From: a virus
Taxonomy: Duplodnaviria; Caudoviricetes
Length of the DNA stretch: 64,000 nucleotides
IMG/VR virus record: IMGVR_UViG_3300033070_000552
Coordinates: 24,799-88,798 of that record
Direction: 5' to 3' (one strand)
In this document: positions 37,819-46,646 of the stretch, in pieces
Position numbering within the stretch: the stretch's first letter is position 1
Layout of the letters: the number at the start of each line of letters is the position of its first letter
The notes under the pieces: generated by a model
Told to the model about the DNA's origin: nothing
The model's database searches: none
Seen by the model: only the letters and a program-made list of their open reading frames with translations
Program-made: the position numbers and the translations under genes

Positions 37819-38478
37819 TCAAGTCTTGAGGAAGATCGATCCAAGGAACCCGATGATATTGCCGCTGGGGTCACGCAAGACCCTCGCCTCGGCCCGCACC
37901 TTGATGAACCCCTGCGGTGAAACGAGCCGGTACTCCATCTCGAAGTTGCGGTTCTGGGCCGCCGACGCCTGCCACTCCTCGAACACCGCCGGGCGATCCT
38001 CGGGGTGGATGAACGTGAGCCAGCCGTTGCCCCGTGCGTCCTCGATTGTTTTATCGACCATGCGGAGATACGCGCGGTTGGCCCACTCGCACTTGCCGAA
38101 ACGGTCCGAGCGAAAGAGTGGGTCATCGTGCGTGTCGAGCAGGGCCTCGTACGAGCGGTCCTGGAGCACCTGCGAACGTCGGAGCCCGTCGACCGCATCG
38201 CGGAGCGAGGTGCCCCCGTTGGGAAGAAGCTCCTTCTCGATACGCGAGAGGCGGCCGTTGACGGTTTCTTCCATCCGGTCCATGCGGTCGTTGAACGATG
38301 CTGCGAACTTGATCACGGCAATAGCTCCTTGAACGATCTCGGTCGCGTGCTTTGCGAGAGCGACAATCCGCCCGCCGAACTTCCAGACCGCGACGATGGC
38401 GGTCATCGCCGAGCCCGCGAACACGACGACGATATCGAGGTTGTCCTGAGCCCATCGAAGCGAGGCGAGTAGTGACAT
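37819..38478 (-). CDS. holin-like membrane protein fused to a PAS/PAC domain
   Basis: TM IVVVFAGSAMTAIVAVWKF, ELLPNGGTSLRDAV, then ANRAY...GWLTFIHPEDR...FEMEYRL...RDPSGNIIGFLG. Confidence 0.8.
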   Translation of the reverse strand: MSLLASLRWAQDNLDIVVVFAGSAMTAIVAVWKFGGRIVALAKHATEIVQGAIAVIKFAASFNDRMDRMEETVNGRLSRIEKELLPNGGTSLRDAVDGLRRSQVLQDRSYEALLDTHDDPLFRSDRFGKCEWANRAYLRMVDKTIEDARGNGWLTFIHPEDRPAVFEEWQASAAQNRNFEMEYRLVSPQGFIKVRAEARVLRDPSGNIIGFLGSIFLKT

Positions 38479-38514
38479 ACTGACTCCCGTGTAGGTGCGG
38501 TAGCGAAACTCCGA

Positions 38515-40824
38515 TCAGGGGCGGGCAGCGACCCACGCCGAGCCGTTGTAGTACACGACCTTGTTGGTGAGCGTCGACCAATTGGTCGAGGGCGAGCCAC
38601 CCGATCCCGCCGACGAGGTGTTGTAGAAGGTGTCTCCCGTGGTCGGGGTCGTCGCGTTGGTCTTGTCGCCCGCCATCTGCAGGTCCTGATGGTTGACGGT
38701 GTAGTAGTCGGTCGACGCCCCGTTGACGATGAGCTGGTTGGTCGTCGTCACGAAACGAAGCCCAGCCCCGCCCGCGATGCGGAAGTTGGGCGAGCCCGCC
38801 GATCCGCCGCAGCGAATGAAGAACGGAATCTGCGCCGCCGAGAACAGCGTGTCGGAGATCAGCAGCGAACCCTTGCCCGCCGCGTCGATGGCGTACGTCG
38901 CGTAGCCGTTCGAGGTCGCGTAGAACGTGCAACCCGACACGTTGAGGTGGCTCGCGGTAGTCGTGTTGCCCCACCGCACGCCCGTCCCCGTGGACATCGT
39001 TGAGCTAAGCGTGCAGTTGCGGATCGTTCCCGAGGTGACGACCCCGCTCCCGCCGATCTGAAAGAGCTTCCCGAGGTTCCCCGTCCTGGCGTAACAGTTG
39101 GAGACGTTGAGCCAGTTCACGGTCCCGAGGATATTGATCAGCGCCGTCTTGAGCGTCGCGTCGTTCGAGGTCTTGAGGTTCTCGATCACGAGCGAGTCCA
39201 TCGCGGCGGTCGTCTCGACGCGAACCCCGTCGGTGTCGTTGGTCAGCGTGAACACGATCGCCGATGCCGAGTTGCCTGGTGAGGTTGAGAGCACCGCCGT
39301 GTTCGCATTGGTCACCGACGAGATCAGATAGTCGCCGAGCGTCGCCCCTGTCCCGGCGGTGATCGTGACGTACTGGCCCGCGTAGGCGCTGGCGAATGCC
39401 CCCGTGCACGTCAGCGTCGTTCCCGGCGAGCCGTTGGTCGTCCCGCCGGTGAACGTCCCGCTCACCGAGAACCGCATACGCACGTTGCGGACGATCGCGT
39501 CCTTGAGCCCCGCCGCCTGCAGGTAGATCGCGACGGTGGTTGACTGCGCCGCCCCGTCCACCCCGTCGATGACGATCCCCGTCATCGGACCGGAGTAAAT
39601 CCCGTTGTTGATGTCGTCGGTGAAGTTGATGAGTGCGCCGTTGGTGATCACGCCCGAGACGTCGCGGATCAGGACGTTGTTGATCCCGTGGTAGCCCGCG
39701 AAGCGGATCGGCTCGTACCCGCCCGAGTTCTGGATGCCGCGAATCGCCACGTCGTCGAACGCCCCGAACCCCGCGTCGTTCGACGACCACCCGTTGACGA
39801 CGAACGCGATGCCCGTGGCCGATGCGCCGGGCGATGTCGCCAGCACGACCGAGTTCGCGTTGGTCACCGACGAGATCAGATAGTCGCCCGCCGTAGCGCC
39901 CGACCCCGTGCGAATCGAAACGTACTGCCCCGCGAATGCGTTGGTGAACGCACCCGTCTTGGTCAGCGTCGTCCCGGGGGCGCTGTTGGTCGTCCCCCCG
40001 GTCTGATCGGTGTAGGTCCCCGCGTAGCCGAAGTACCCGCCCTCGGAGGTCGTGAACCCGATGAGGTTGTCGCCGGTCTTCCCGCTGATGTTCTCGATGA
40101 TGGTGCGGCTAGCGGGTCCCTCAAAGTGAATCCCGTCGCCGCCCGCGATCGCGTTGAGGATCGTCAGGTTCGAGATGTTCGTGTCGTTGGCGTTGGCCAC
40201 GCAGAGCGAGAACTTGTACGATCTGAGGAACCGGCAGTTGCGGACCGTGAGGCGATCGACCCCGACGAAGAACATCCCGTGCCCGAGCCACCTCGCCGAG
40301 CGTGCGGTGTTATTGACGACCGACGACGAGGCCGAGTCGTTGAAGTCCCAGATGCCCCCGTCGATCGTGATCCCCGAGTTGCCCGCCGCCGCGCCGCTGA
40401 TGGTCTGCGACGAGTTGCAGATCGTGTAGCAGTTCGATGAGGCGGCCTTCTTGATCGTCACGCCGTTTGCGATCCGCATCGACGTGTTCGAGTAGATGAT
40501 CAGGCACGAGTTGTACGTGGAGTTGGGCGCGGTGGGGGTCGTCCCCGCCGCCGTGAGGTACTTCGAGACGATATACGTCCCCGGACGGGTGATTGTGACC
40601 TCTCCGCCCCCGGCGGCGTTCACGGCGTCGAGAGTGGCCTGGATCGCGAGTGTCGCGTCGGTCGTGCCGTCCCCGACCGCCCCGTAGCGTGATACGTCGA
40701 GCGAGTAGATCGCCGGGACCGTGCGGACGACACCCGGTCCGGGCTGGGCTTGGAGTCTGGCGATCGGCGTCAAGAGAACGACGAGGGCAATCAGCAGGGG
40801 CGAGAGGGGGTTCGTGTATTTCAT
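38515..40824 (-). CDS. pectin-lyase-fold beta-helix protein with predicted signal peptide
   Basis: MKYTNPLSPLLIALVVLLTPIARLQAQ, then DVSRYGAVGDGTTDATLAIQA and DGIH; internal duplicated domain. Confidence 0.8.
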   Translation of the reverse strand: MKYTNPLSPLLIALVVLLTPIARLQAQPGPGVVRTVPAIYSLDVSRYGAVGDGTTDATLAIQATLDAVNAAGGGEVTITRPGTYIVSKYLTAAGTTPTAPNSTYNSCLIIYSNTSMRIANGVTIKKAASSNCYTICNSSQTISGAAAGNSGITIDGGIWDFNDSASSSVVNNTARSARWLGHGMFFVGVDRLTVRNCRFLRSYKFSLCVANANDTNISNLTILNAIAGGDGIHFEGPASRTIIENISGKTGDNLIGFTTSEGGYFGYAGTYTDQTGGTTNSAPGTTLTKTGAFTNAFAGQYVSIRTGSGATAGDYLISSVTNANSVVLATSPGASATGIAFVVNGWSSNDAGFGAFDDVAIRGIQNSGGYEPIRFAGYHGINNVLIRDVSGVITNGALINFTDDINNGIYSGPMTGIVIDGVDGAAQSTTVAIYLQAAGLKDAIVRNVRMRFSVSGTFTGGTTNGSPGTTLTCTGAFASAYAGQYVTITAGTGATLGDYLISSVTNANTAVLSTSPGNSASAIVFTLTNDTDGVRVETTAAMDSLVIENLKTSNDATLKTALINILGTVNWLNVSNCYARTGNLGKLFQIGGSGVVTSGTIRNCTLSSTMSTGTGVRWGNTTTASHLNVSGCTFYATSNGYATYAIDAAGKGSLLISDTLFSAAQIPFFIRCGGSAGSPNFRIAGGAGLRFVTTTNQLIVNGASTDYYTVNHQDLQMAGDKTNATTPTTGDTFYNTSSAGSGGSPSTNWSTLTNKVVYYNGSAWVAARP

Positions 40825-40934
40825 GGGTCTATGTCCTTGGGGAATGGGCCGGGGGAGTGGCGATATTTCATGGTGAAATATCGGGTCTGGGATCGGGTTT
40901 ATTTCATGGTGAAATATCGGGCCCTGGAACGGCC

Positions 40935-41267
40935 TTAGAACCGCTCGGTCACCATGTACGCGATATCGGTTGTCGCGCTTGCCGCCTTGACCGTGATTCG
41001 TTCGATCTGGAGGTTGGGGCGGGCGTTGTTGTTGAGCACGCGGAACGTGGCCGCCGTACCGGCGGCGATCGTGCCGTACTCGACGGGGTTGTCCGAGCCG
41101 TCGGAGTTGTGGTGGCCCCTGACGTTGACCAGCAGGTCGACGGCCCCGTTGTTGGAGATCGTGATCGCGGTGGCCCCGTTGATCTGCGAGCCCGAGGCGT
41201 TGGTCGACTTGAAGATCACGGTGTCGGAGGTCGTGATGGTCTGCTTGGCGGTGGCGTTTGCTGCCAT
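40935..41267 (-). CDS. small beta-rich hypothetical (possibly virion) protein
   Basis: MAANATAKQTITTSD...; SD AGGA. Confidence 0.6.
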   Translation of the reverse strand: MAANATAKQTITTSDTVIFKSTNASGSQINGATAITISNNGAVDLLVNVRGHHNSDGSDNPVEYGTIAAGTAATFRVLNNNARPNLQIERITVKAASATTDIAYMVTERF

Positions 41268-41354
41268 TGGATTGGTTCCTTCTAGACGGAAGGGCCCGAA
41301 GGGGCTTTCGCCGAATCGAGCCCGCAAGAGAGAGACAAGACGGCGGGAGAGAGT

Positions 41355-41390
41355 TAAAGCCCGCCCGGGCGAGGGATACCCGGACGGACG
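41355..41390 (-). terminator. probable intrinsic terminator
   Basis: CCGTCCGGG-loop-CCCGGGCGG then CTTT. Confidence 0.45.
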
Positions 41391-41401
41391 AGGGGTGAGA
41401 C

Positions 41402-41836
41402 CTAGATAAACGTTGCCGCGACCTTGAGGGCCGCCGCGAGGATGTCGCTGATCGTCGAGTTGGTCTTGAGCTGCGCGGCGAGGTCGGCCCGGGCTTTGGA
41501 CGCCTTCTCGTAGTCGTAGGTGATCGGGATGATCATCCTCGAAGCGACCGCCTCGCGTGCGGCCCCGAGCGAGACCGAGACGGCGTTCATGTCGGAGTTG
41601 TAGGAAGCGACGAGTTCTTCGAGACGCTGGGCGTGGGTCGCGAGGGCGGCCACCCCCGCCAGAGCGACGAGAACCGCCTGGGCCTGCGGGGCGGTCAGGG
41701 ATGCCCCGGAGATCGATCCGATCCGAAGGGCGGCGATAGCCCCCGCCGCCTCGTCGGACGCGGGAGACGGGCTCGTAGGCCCCGTAGCCGGGGTCGTGGG
41801 GGGTGTGGCGGGAGCGGCGGGGTCGATGGGGGGCAT
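41402..41836 (-). CDS. helical hypothetical protein
   Basis: 144 aa, Pro/Thr N-terminus then coiled coil; SD AAAGG. Confidence 0.6.
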   Translation of the reverse strand: MPPIDPAAPATPPTTPATGPTSPSPASDEAAGAIAALRIGSISGASLTAPQAQAVLVALAGVAALATHAQRLEELVASYNSDMNAVSVSLGAAREAVASRMIIPITYDYEKASKARADLAAQLKTNSTISDILAAALKVAATFI

Positions 41837-41893
41837 GGGGATGGCCTTTCGTTGATCCGGCGAGATGGTGTTCTGATCTGTCCCGGTTGGGGC

Positions 41894-42157
41894 TTACCCC
41901 AGCAGGGCGGTGATCTCGTTGAGCTTGGCAACGACGGCGGCGATGGTCGCGTTGGCGGCGTTGAGGGCCGAGGGATCGGCGGCGGCAACGGCCGTCGCGA
42001 GCTGGGTGGCGAGGTCGGCGTTCTGCGCCGTGAGCGTCACGACCTGGCTCTTAGCCGAGTTGGCGTCGGCGACGATCGAGGATACCCGCGAGCCGATCGC
42101 GGCGAAGGCGGCGACGATCTGATCCTGCGAGGCGTTGTTGGGAAGTGGGTCGGGCAT
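41894..42157 (-). CDS. small coiled-coil protein
   Basis: 87 aa, Ala-rich heptads; SD AGGA. Confidence 0.6.
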   Translation of the reverse strand: MPDPLPNNASQDQIVAAFAAIGSRVSSIVADANSAKSQVVTLTAQNADLATQLATAVAAADPSALNAANATIAAVVAKLNEITALLG

Positions 42158-42196
42158 GGGCGTGGTCCTTTCGTGGAACGGGTTTGGGAACGCGAA

Positions 42197-42892
42197 TCAC
42201 TTGGTGGGGGCGACGACGGGGGCGAGCGATCCGATGAGGTTGAGCACGGAGGTTTGCTTGGCGGGGTCCTTGATGAACGTCTGCGCGGCGAGGGAGAGCG
42301 AGCCCACGATGTCATTGGTCGTGAGCTGCCGCGAGTCGAGCACGGCGCTGAACGCCGTCGAGTTGGAGTCGAGTTCTCCAAGAAGCTTGGCGACCTGGGC
42401 GGCGTGGGTATCGAACGCGGCGAGCAGATCGGCCGAGGCTGAATCGAACTGGACGACGGGAGGGAGGCTCGCGATCCTTGCTCGCCTTGCCTCCCGCGCG
42501 TTGGATAGCTTGCCCATCGCGGCGTAGTCGGAGAGAAGCGTGCGGGCCTGGTCGATCGTGAGATGGCCCTGGCGAACCTCGGCCACGATGGGGTTGACGC
42601 TGGTAGGGTCGCTGGCGAGCTTGTCGAGTGCCTTGGGGTCAAAGTCAGAACCGAGCACCAGCCCGTCGGCGATGATGGCCCGCTCGATGTCGCCGGTGAG
42701 GATTACCCGCTTGGCCTGGAGGCACGTCGCGACGAGCGTGCGGGTGAGCGAGAGGTCCATCGCGTACGACGAGGTGAGCTGGTCGCGTGCCGCCCGATCG
42801 CTGGCGAGAACATCACGGGCGGCCGGTGGCGTCGTGCATCCGAAGAACGCGAGGGCGGAGAGGGAGACGAGAACGACGGAGAGGAATCGCAT
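42197..42892 (-). CDS. predicted lipoprotein
   Basis: MRFLSVVLVSLSALAFFG-C lipobox-like signal. Confidence 0.75.
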   Translation of the reverse strand: MRFLSVVLVSLSALAFFGCTTPPAARDVLASDRAARDQLTSSYAMDLSLTRTLVATCLQAKRVILTGDIERAIIADGLVLGSDFDPKALDKLASDPTSVNPIVAEVRQGHLTIDQARTLLSDYAAMGKLSNAREARRARIASLPPVVQFDSASADLLAAFDTHAAQVAKLLGELDSNSTAFSAVLDSRQLTTNDIVGSLSLAAQTFIKDPAKQTSVLNLIGSLAPVVAPTK

Positions 42893-42931
42893 GGGTGACG
42901 GTCCTTTATTTCATGGTGAAATAACGTGCGG

Positions 42932-43279
42932 CTACCTGGGCTTGACGGCTAGCGGATCGATGACCTTCACCTCGACATCGTTAGCGATGCTCGACGCCTT
43001 GACATCGCCGACGTGATCGGCAACGACATCCATGATCGCGTCGGCCTTCTGGGCGACGATCCTGGTATCGCCCGATTGCGACGACTTGAGCGACGCGATG
43101 AGCGCGACGAACGCGACGACCCCCGCGACGATCTTGTCGATATCCCCGGCGTCGGCGAACTTGTAGAGCCCGACCGAGATGCCAGCGCCGATCAGCCATC
43201 GAATCGCCGAACCGATCAGGGCCTTGCCCTCGGGAGTACGCGGGTCGATATTGAGGTTGAGCAGTGGAATCCTGATCAT
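42932..43279 (-). CDS. holin-like two-TM membrane protein
   Basis: TM segments LIGSAIRWLIGAGISVGLY and IVAGVVAFVALIASL. Confidence 0.6.
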   Translation of the reverse strand: MIRIPLLNLNIDPRTPEGKALIGSAIRWLIGAGISVGLYKFADAGDIDKIVAGVVAFVALIASLKSSQSGDTRIVAQKADAIMDVVADHVGDVKASSIANDVEVKVIDPLAVKPR

Positions 43280-43352
43280 GGTGGCCTTTCGTCTTGCCGA
43301 CGGATGAGACGCCATCATCATAACACACGGGCTGATTCAGGCAAACCCGACA

Positions 43353-43640
43353 CTACCGATCGTCGGAGCCCTCGTCGCTCCGGGGGTCGGAGTCGGACTC
43401 CTGCCTCGCCTCGTTGAGCGTCGTCGTCACAACCGAAACGCGAATGAGTTCCGCGAGCCCGAGGCACGAAAGCTGCTCGCCGATCTTGTGGAACCGCGAG
43501 CACGGCTTCCCCTTCACGTCGACCCGAACGTAGCCGACGATGAGCGATCGGCACCGCGACGCGATCTCGGTGATCAGATCGTCGATCGTGGCAAGCCCGA
43601 GCGGTACGGTGTTGTCGTGTTCAGGCCTTGGTGAGGTCAC
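43353..43640 (-). CDS. hypothetical protein
   Basis: GTG overlapping the upstream TGA. Confidence 0.5.
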   Translation of the reverse strand: MTSPRPEHDNTVPLGLATIDDLITEIASRCRSLIVGYVRVDVKGKPCSRFHKIGEQLSCLGLAELIRVSVVTTTLNEARQESDSDPRSDEGSDDR

Positions 43641-44113
43641 GCGATCTCCGATACGGTTGTTCCCTCGCCGATAACGCACGCCACATCGTCCTCGGTCGCG
43701 ATGACGTAGAGCTTGCCGTCGATCTCGATATCGTGACCGGCGAACCGGCCGAGAGCAACGCGATCCCCGACCTTGAGTTGGGGATCGACGAACACCCCCT
43801 TCTTGTTCTGATCAGACTCGCCGACGCGAACGACCCGGGCCGGGGTCGGGCGGTACCGACGATCCTTGTCCGACTTTCCGACGAGGTGGATATCACCGAA
43901 ACGATCCGGCGGATCTTCCCGCTCAAAGAGAACCCACCCGTCGAGCACCTTGAATGTATCGAGAGTGAGCTTCGAGTTGGCGTTGCTTGTCGTCGCGGCC
44001 CACCCGGTGTGGGTGTTGTTCCGCTCGCCCCTGGCGTTGACGACGAGCGATCCGTCCGAGAGCCGATCGCCGGTGCGGGTGTTGGTTCGATTGATGATAT
44101 CGGGTGTGCTCAT
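43637..44113 (-). CDS. GroES/Cpn10-like protein with N-terminal extension
   Basis: ARVVRVG, PQLKVGDRVALGRFAGHDIEIDGKLYVIATEDDVACVI. Confidence 0.8.
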   Translation of the reverse strand: MSTPDIINRTNTRTGDRLSDGSLVVNARGERNNTHTGWAATTSNANSKLTLDTFKVLDGWVLFEREDPPDRFGDIHLVGKSDKDRRYRPTPARVVRVGESDQNKKGVFVDPQLKVGDRVALGRFAGHDIEIDGKLYVIATEDDVACVIGEGTTVSEIA

Positions 44114-44122
44114 TGGTGAATC

Positions 44123-44370
44123 CTACCCCTTGTGGTCCGCGTTGTTCTTGTCGAGGTGGCGAAGAATCCACTCGACGTAGTTAGCCCCGTCCATGAGTTC
44201 CTGCTGGAGGTGTCGAAGCCGCTCGCGAATCGAGGCGTCGTTTAACGCGAGCGTGGTTCCGTAGTGCCGCTCCCCCTTGCGCGATCGCTCCCGGAGTTGG
44301 GCGACGACCCCTTCGACGATCGGATCGTCGCGTGGTGGTGTGCGGTTCCGATGGGGGCGGGGGTGGTCAC
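44123..44370 (-). CDS. MazG-like all-alpha phage protein; needs a -1 shift from the SD-led GTG
   Basis: Manual translation DDPIVEGVVAQLRERSRKGERHYGTTL...LRHLQQELMDGANY; no in-frame start. Confidence 0.5.
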
Positions 44371-44567
44371 ATATCTCTCCTTCCGCCCTTGACGGTTTCG
44401 GTCGTCGGGACGCGCCACCAGGTTCCCAAGATTCGCTGCCACCACGAGGGTGGGCGAGAGACGACGAAGCACGCGGCGACGATGGCGATGATGGGAATAA
44501 TCGACGGGCGGGGCGGCGAGAGCCGGTCGATCATCGCGGTGATGTACTGGCGGCGGGCGCGGTTCAT
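44367..44567 (-). CDS. small membrane protein
   Basis: IIPIIAIVAACFVV hydrophobic segment. Confidence 0.5.
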   Translation of the reverse strand: MNRARRQYITAMIDRLSPPRPSIIPIIAIVAACFVVSRPPSWWQRILGTWWRVPTTETVKGGRRDM

Positions 44568-45451
44568 GGGGTGACTCCCTTCGTGGCGAAGTCGGCGCGG
44601 ACGGCGGCGACGTCGGATTCAAGGTCGTGACGCAAGAGTGGGTGATCGCCGTTTGCCTTCAACGCACGCATGATGAATGTGACGTTTCGCAGTAGTTCCT
44701 CCACACTTTTCGGCATCGTCGGCTTTGCGTCGGCCAGCTTGCGGAGGCGGGCGATGAAACCCTTGTGAACGTCGGGTGTTGGTCCGTAGTACCAGCGGTC
44801 CATTTCATCCGCGATCTTGCCCACGCTGTCGGCTTCGGGCTGTGGGGCGGCGTTGAAAGATCGACCAATCATCTCCAAACGTTGTGTTTCGGTCGGAAGA
44901 GGCTTGCATGAGAAGGAACACGCCCCGTAGGGGTCAATACCCCTTTGGCAAGTTGCACACCGCAGTATCTCGCGGACGGGCTTCGGGGCGGGCTTGGCGT
45001 CCTTGCTCGGGTATTCGTGACCATTCTCGCATCGGTCATTTCCGTTGAGCCGTCGCTCGCGGACGTATCCCTTGGCTCCGCACTTCGGGCAGAACCCGTA
45101 GACGTTCCCCGCCTCGATGGGCTTCGGTTCCGCCTTCACCGCCTTGAACGCCGCGATGAACGCGCGGAGGGTGGCGATGACGCGGAAAGTCTTCGATCTC
45201 CCACAACACAATGGAATGCTCTCCCCTCGAATGATGCACAAATACCATTCGTTCACCACCCTAGTTTCAACGTCATACCTTCGTTCGTCGCACCAGTCGC
45301 GCACGCGGGCTTCGATGTGGTCTTGGCATTCGTCGTATGTGTGCCATCCTTCATATCTCGCACATGCGCCGCCCCCCCGTGACCGCATGAGTCCTGGCCA
45401 CAGTGCCGCCGCCTCTTCGATGAGGGTTTTCAGTTCGTCCGTGTCTGTCAT
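44564..45451 (-). CDS. hypothetical protein with Zn-finger-like CPKC and CATC motifs
   Basis: MTDTDELKTL...; SD AAGGA. Confidence 0.6.
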   Translation of the reverse strand: MTDTDELKTLIEEAAALWPGLMRSRGGGACARYEGWHTYDECQDHIEARVRDWCDERRYDVETRVVNEWYLCIIRGESIPLCCGRSKTFRVIATLRAFIAAFKAVKAEPKPIEAGNVYGFCPKCGAKGYVRERRLNGNDRCENGHEYPSKDAKPAPKPVREILRCATCQRGIDPYGACSFSCKPLPTETQRLEMIGRSFNAAPQPEADSVGKIADEMDRWYYGPTPDVHKGFIARLRKLADAKPTMPKSVEELLRNVTFIMRALKANGDHPLLRHDLESDVAAVRADFATKGVTP

Positions 45452-45471
45452 TTGGTCCTTTCGGCTGGTGG

Positions 45472-45927
45472 TCACTGGGCTTGATCGAGGACGGCGCGGG
45501 CGTGGGCCAGCATCCGCTTTTCGTCGGGAAGGACTGACGCGGCAAACGCGGCGCGGTCGAGGTGTTTGGTCACACTCGCCAGCGCTTGCTCCAACGCCCC
45601 GCGTAGCTGCTCGTTCTTCTGCGCCAGCCCCGCGATGATCTTCGCGTCGGGGGCGGAGAGGAGTCGCTTGCAATCGTCCAACAACCCGTCGTTGGGGTTG
45701 GCGTCAGGCCCGTGGGTCAAGCGAGCCTGAACGTACGTGACGAACCTTCTTAGGTTTGCAATCATCTCCCCCTGCGTCTTGATCGTCGCGGCGTCGATTG
45801 CCCGCTGGTTGATGACGGCGGTTGACCCCATCCACGCTCCCGCATCGTCGGGGTTTACCAGAAGTCCGGCAAGTTTCCCGTCGTGGACTACGGGCTCAAT
45901 CGTGTATCTCTGTATCTCTCCGCTCAT
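45472..45927 (-). CDS. hypothetical protein
   Basis: MSGEIQRY...; SD GGAG. Confidence 0.55.
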   Translation of the reverse strand: MSGEIQRYTIEPVVHDGKLAGLLVNPDDAGAWMGSTAVINQRAIDAATIKTQGEMIANLRRFVTYVQARLTHGPDANPNDGLLDDCKRLLSAPDAKIIAGLAQKNEQLRGALEQALASVTKHLDRAAFAASVLPDEKRMLAHARAVLDQAQ

Positions 45928-46268
45928 GCCTTCTCCTTGTTGTGCTGCTCCCACGCGGCGATGCAGCACGCGAGGCGAGCGTCGTACTCGGTGGGGCCTT
46001 CGCCTTGAGCCTGTGTTTTTCGATTGCCCGATTTGTCGGCACACGCCTTCCACACTCTCGGAGAAATGGGAAACCAGGTATGTACCACGTCCCACTCCCA
46101 CCCCTCTGGTAGCGCCGACGCAACGAAGTCCAGTGTTTCAAGGATGGGGTGGTGCAGGCTTAGCCCGTGGCCATTGGGGGTTTGCGTCCACCGAACCATC
46201 CCAAAGTTTTCTCCCTGCGTCCACCCCATCAACTTCGCCAGCTTGTCACGCATCTCGTCGCGGCTCAT
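45924..46268 (-). CDS. phage small protein (ABA-sandwich-like)
   Basis: KLAKLMGW...GPTEYDARLACCIAAW. Confidence 0.5.
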   Translation of the reverse strand: MSRDEMRDKLAKLMGWTQGENFGMVRWTQTPNGHGLSLHHPILETLDFVASALPEGWEWDVVHTWFPISPRVWKACADKSGNRKTQAQGEGPTEYDARLACCIAAWEQHNKEKA

Positions 46269-46468
46269 CGCTTGCTCCTTGCTAGCACGAACGGCACCGC
46301 TCGCCAGTCGCGGACGCCCTTGAACGCAATGTCGTTGTTGTATCTGGCGTTGGGCAACGCCTCTAGTTTGCTCCACTTCGCGGCGTAGTCCTTGTCAAAC
46401 CCCTTCGTCGGACTCCATACCGCCCACAGCCTCGGTGGCTTCTTGGTCACTGGCTTCTTGGTGGTCAT
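46265..46468 (-). CDS. small basic hypothetical protein
   Basis: MTTKKPVTKK...; SD GGAGG. Confidence 0.5.
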   Translation of the reverse strand: MTTKKPVTKKPPRLWAVWSPTKGFDKDYAAKWSKLEALPNARYNNDIAFKGVRDWRAVPFVLARSKR

Positions 46469-46646
46469 CGCTTTCCCTCCAAATATGGTCGGTACGCCGT
46501 CATCCATCTCGCGCCGCACGCGAGGCATTGCCAGTGGGTCCACGTCACGAGTCCGCGAACGGCTTGGTGTACGGCGACCCGCACGACGCGAGCATGGGTG
46601 TGTGGGCAGGTTACGGGTCGCTCCTTTCGCCGAAGATCCGTTTATT

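Noticed and set aside
39270-40000. DGR template/variable repeat pair
   Set aside because: Both copies are in-frame domains of one gene, differences are not adenine-specific, and no reverse transcriptase was seen.
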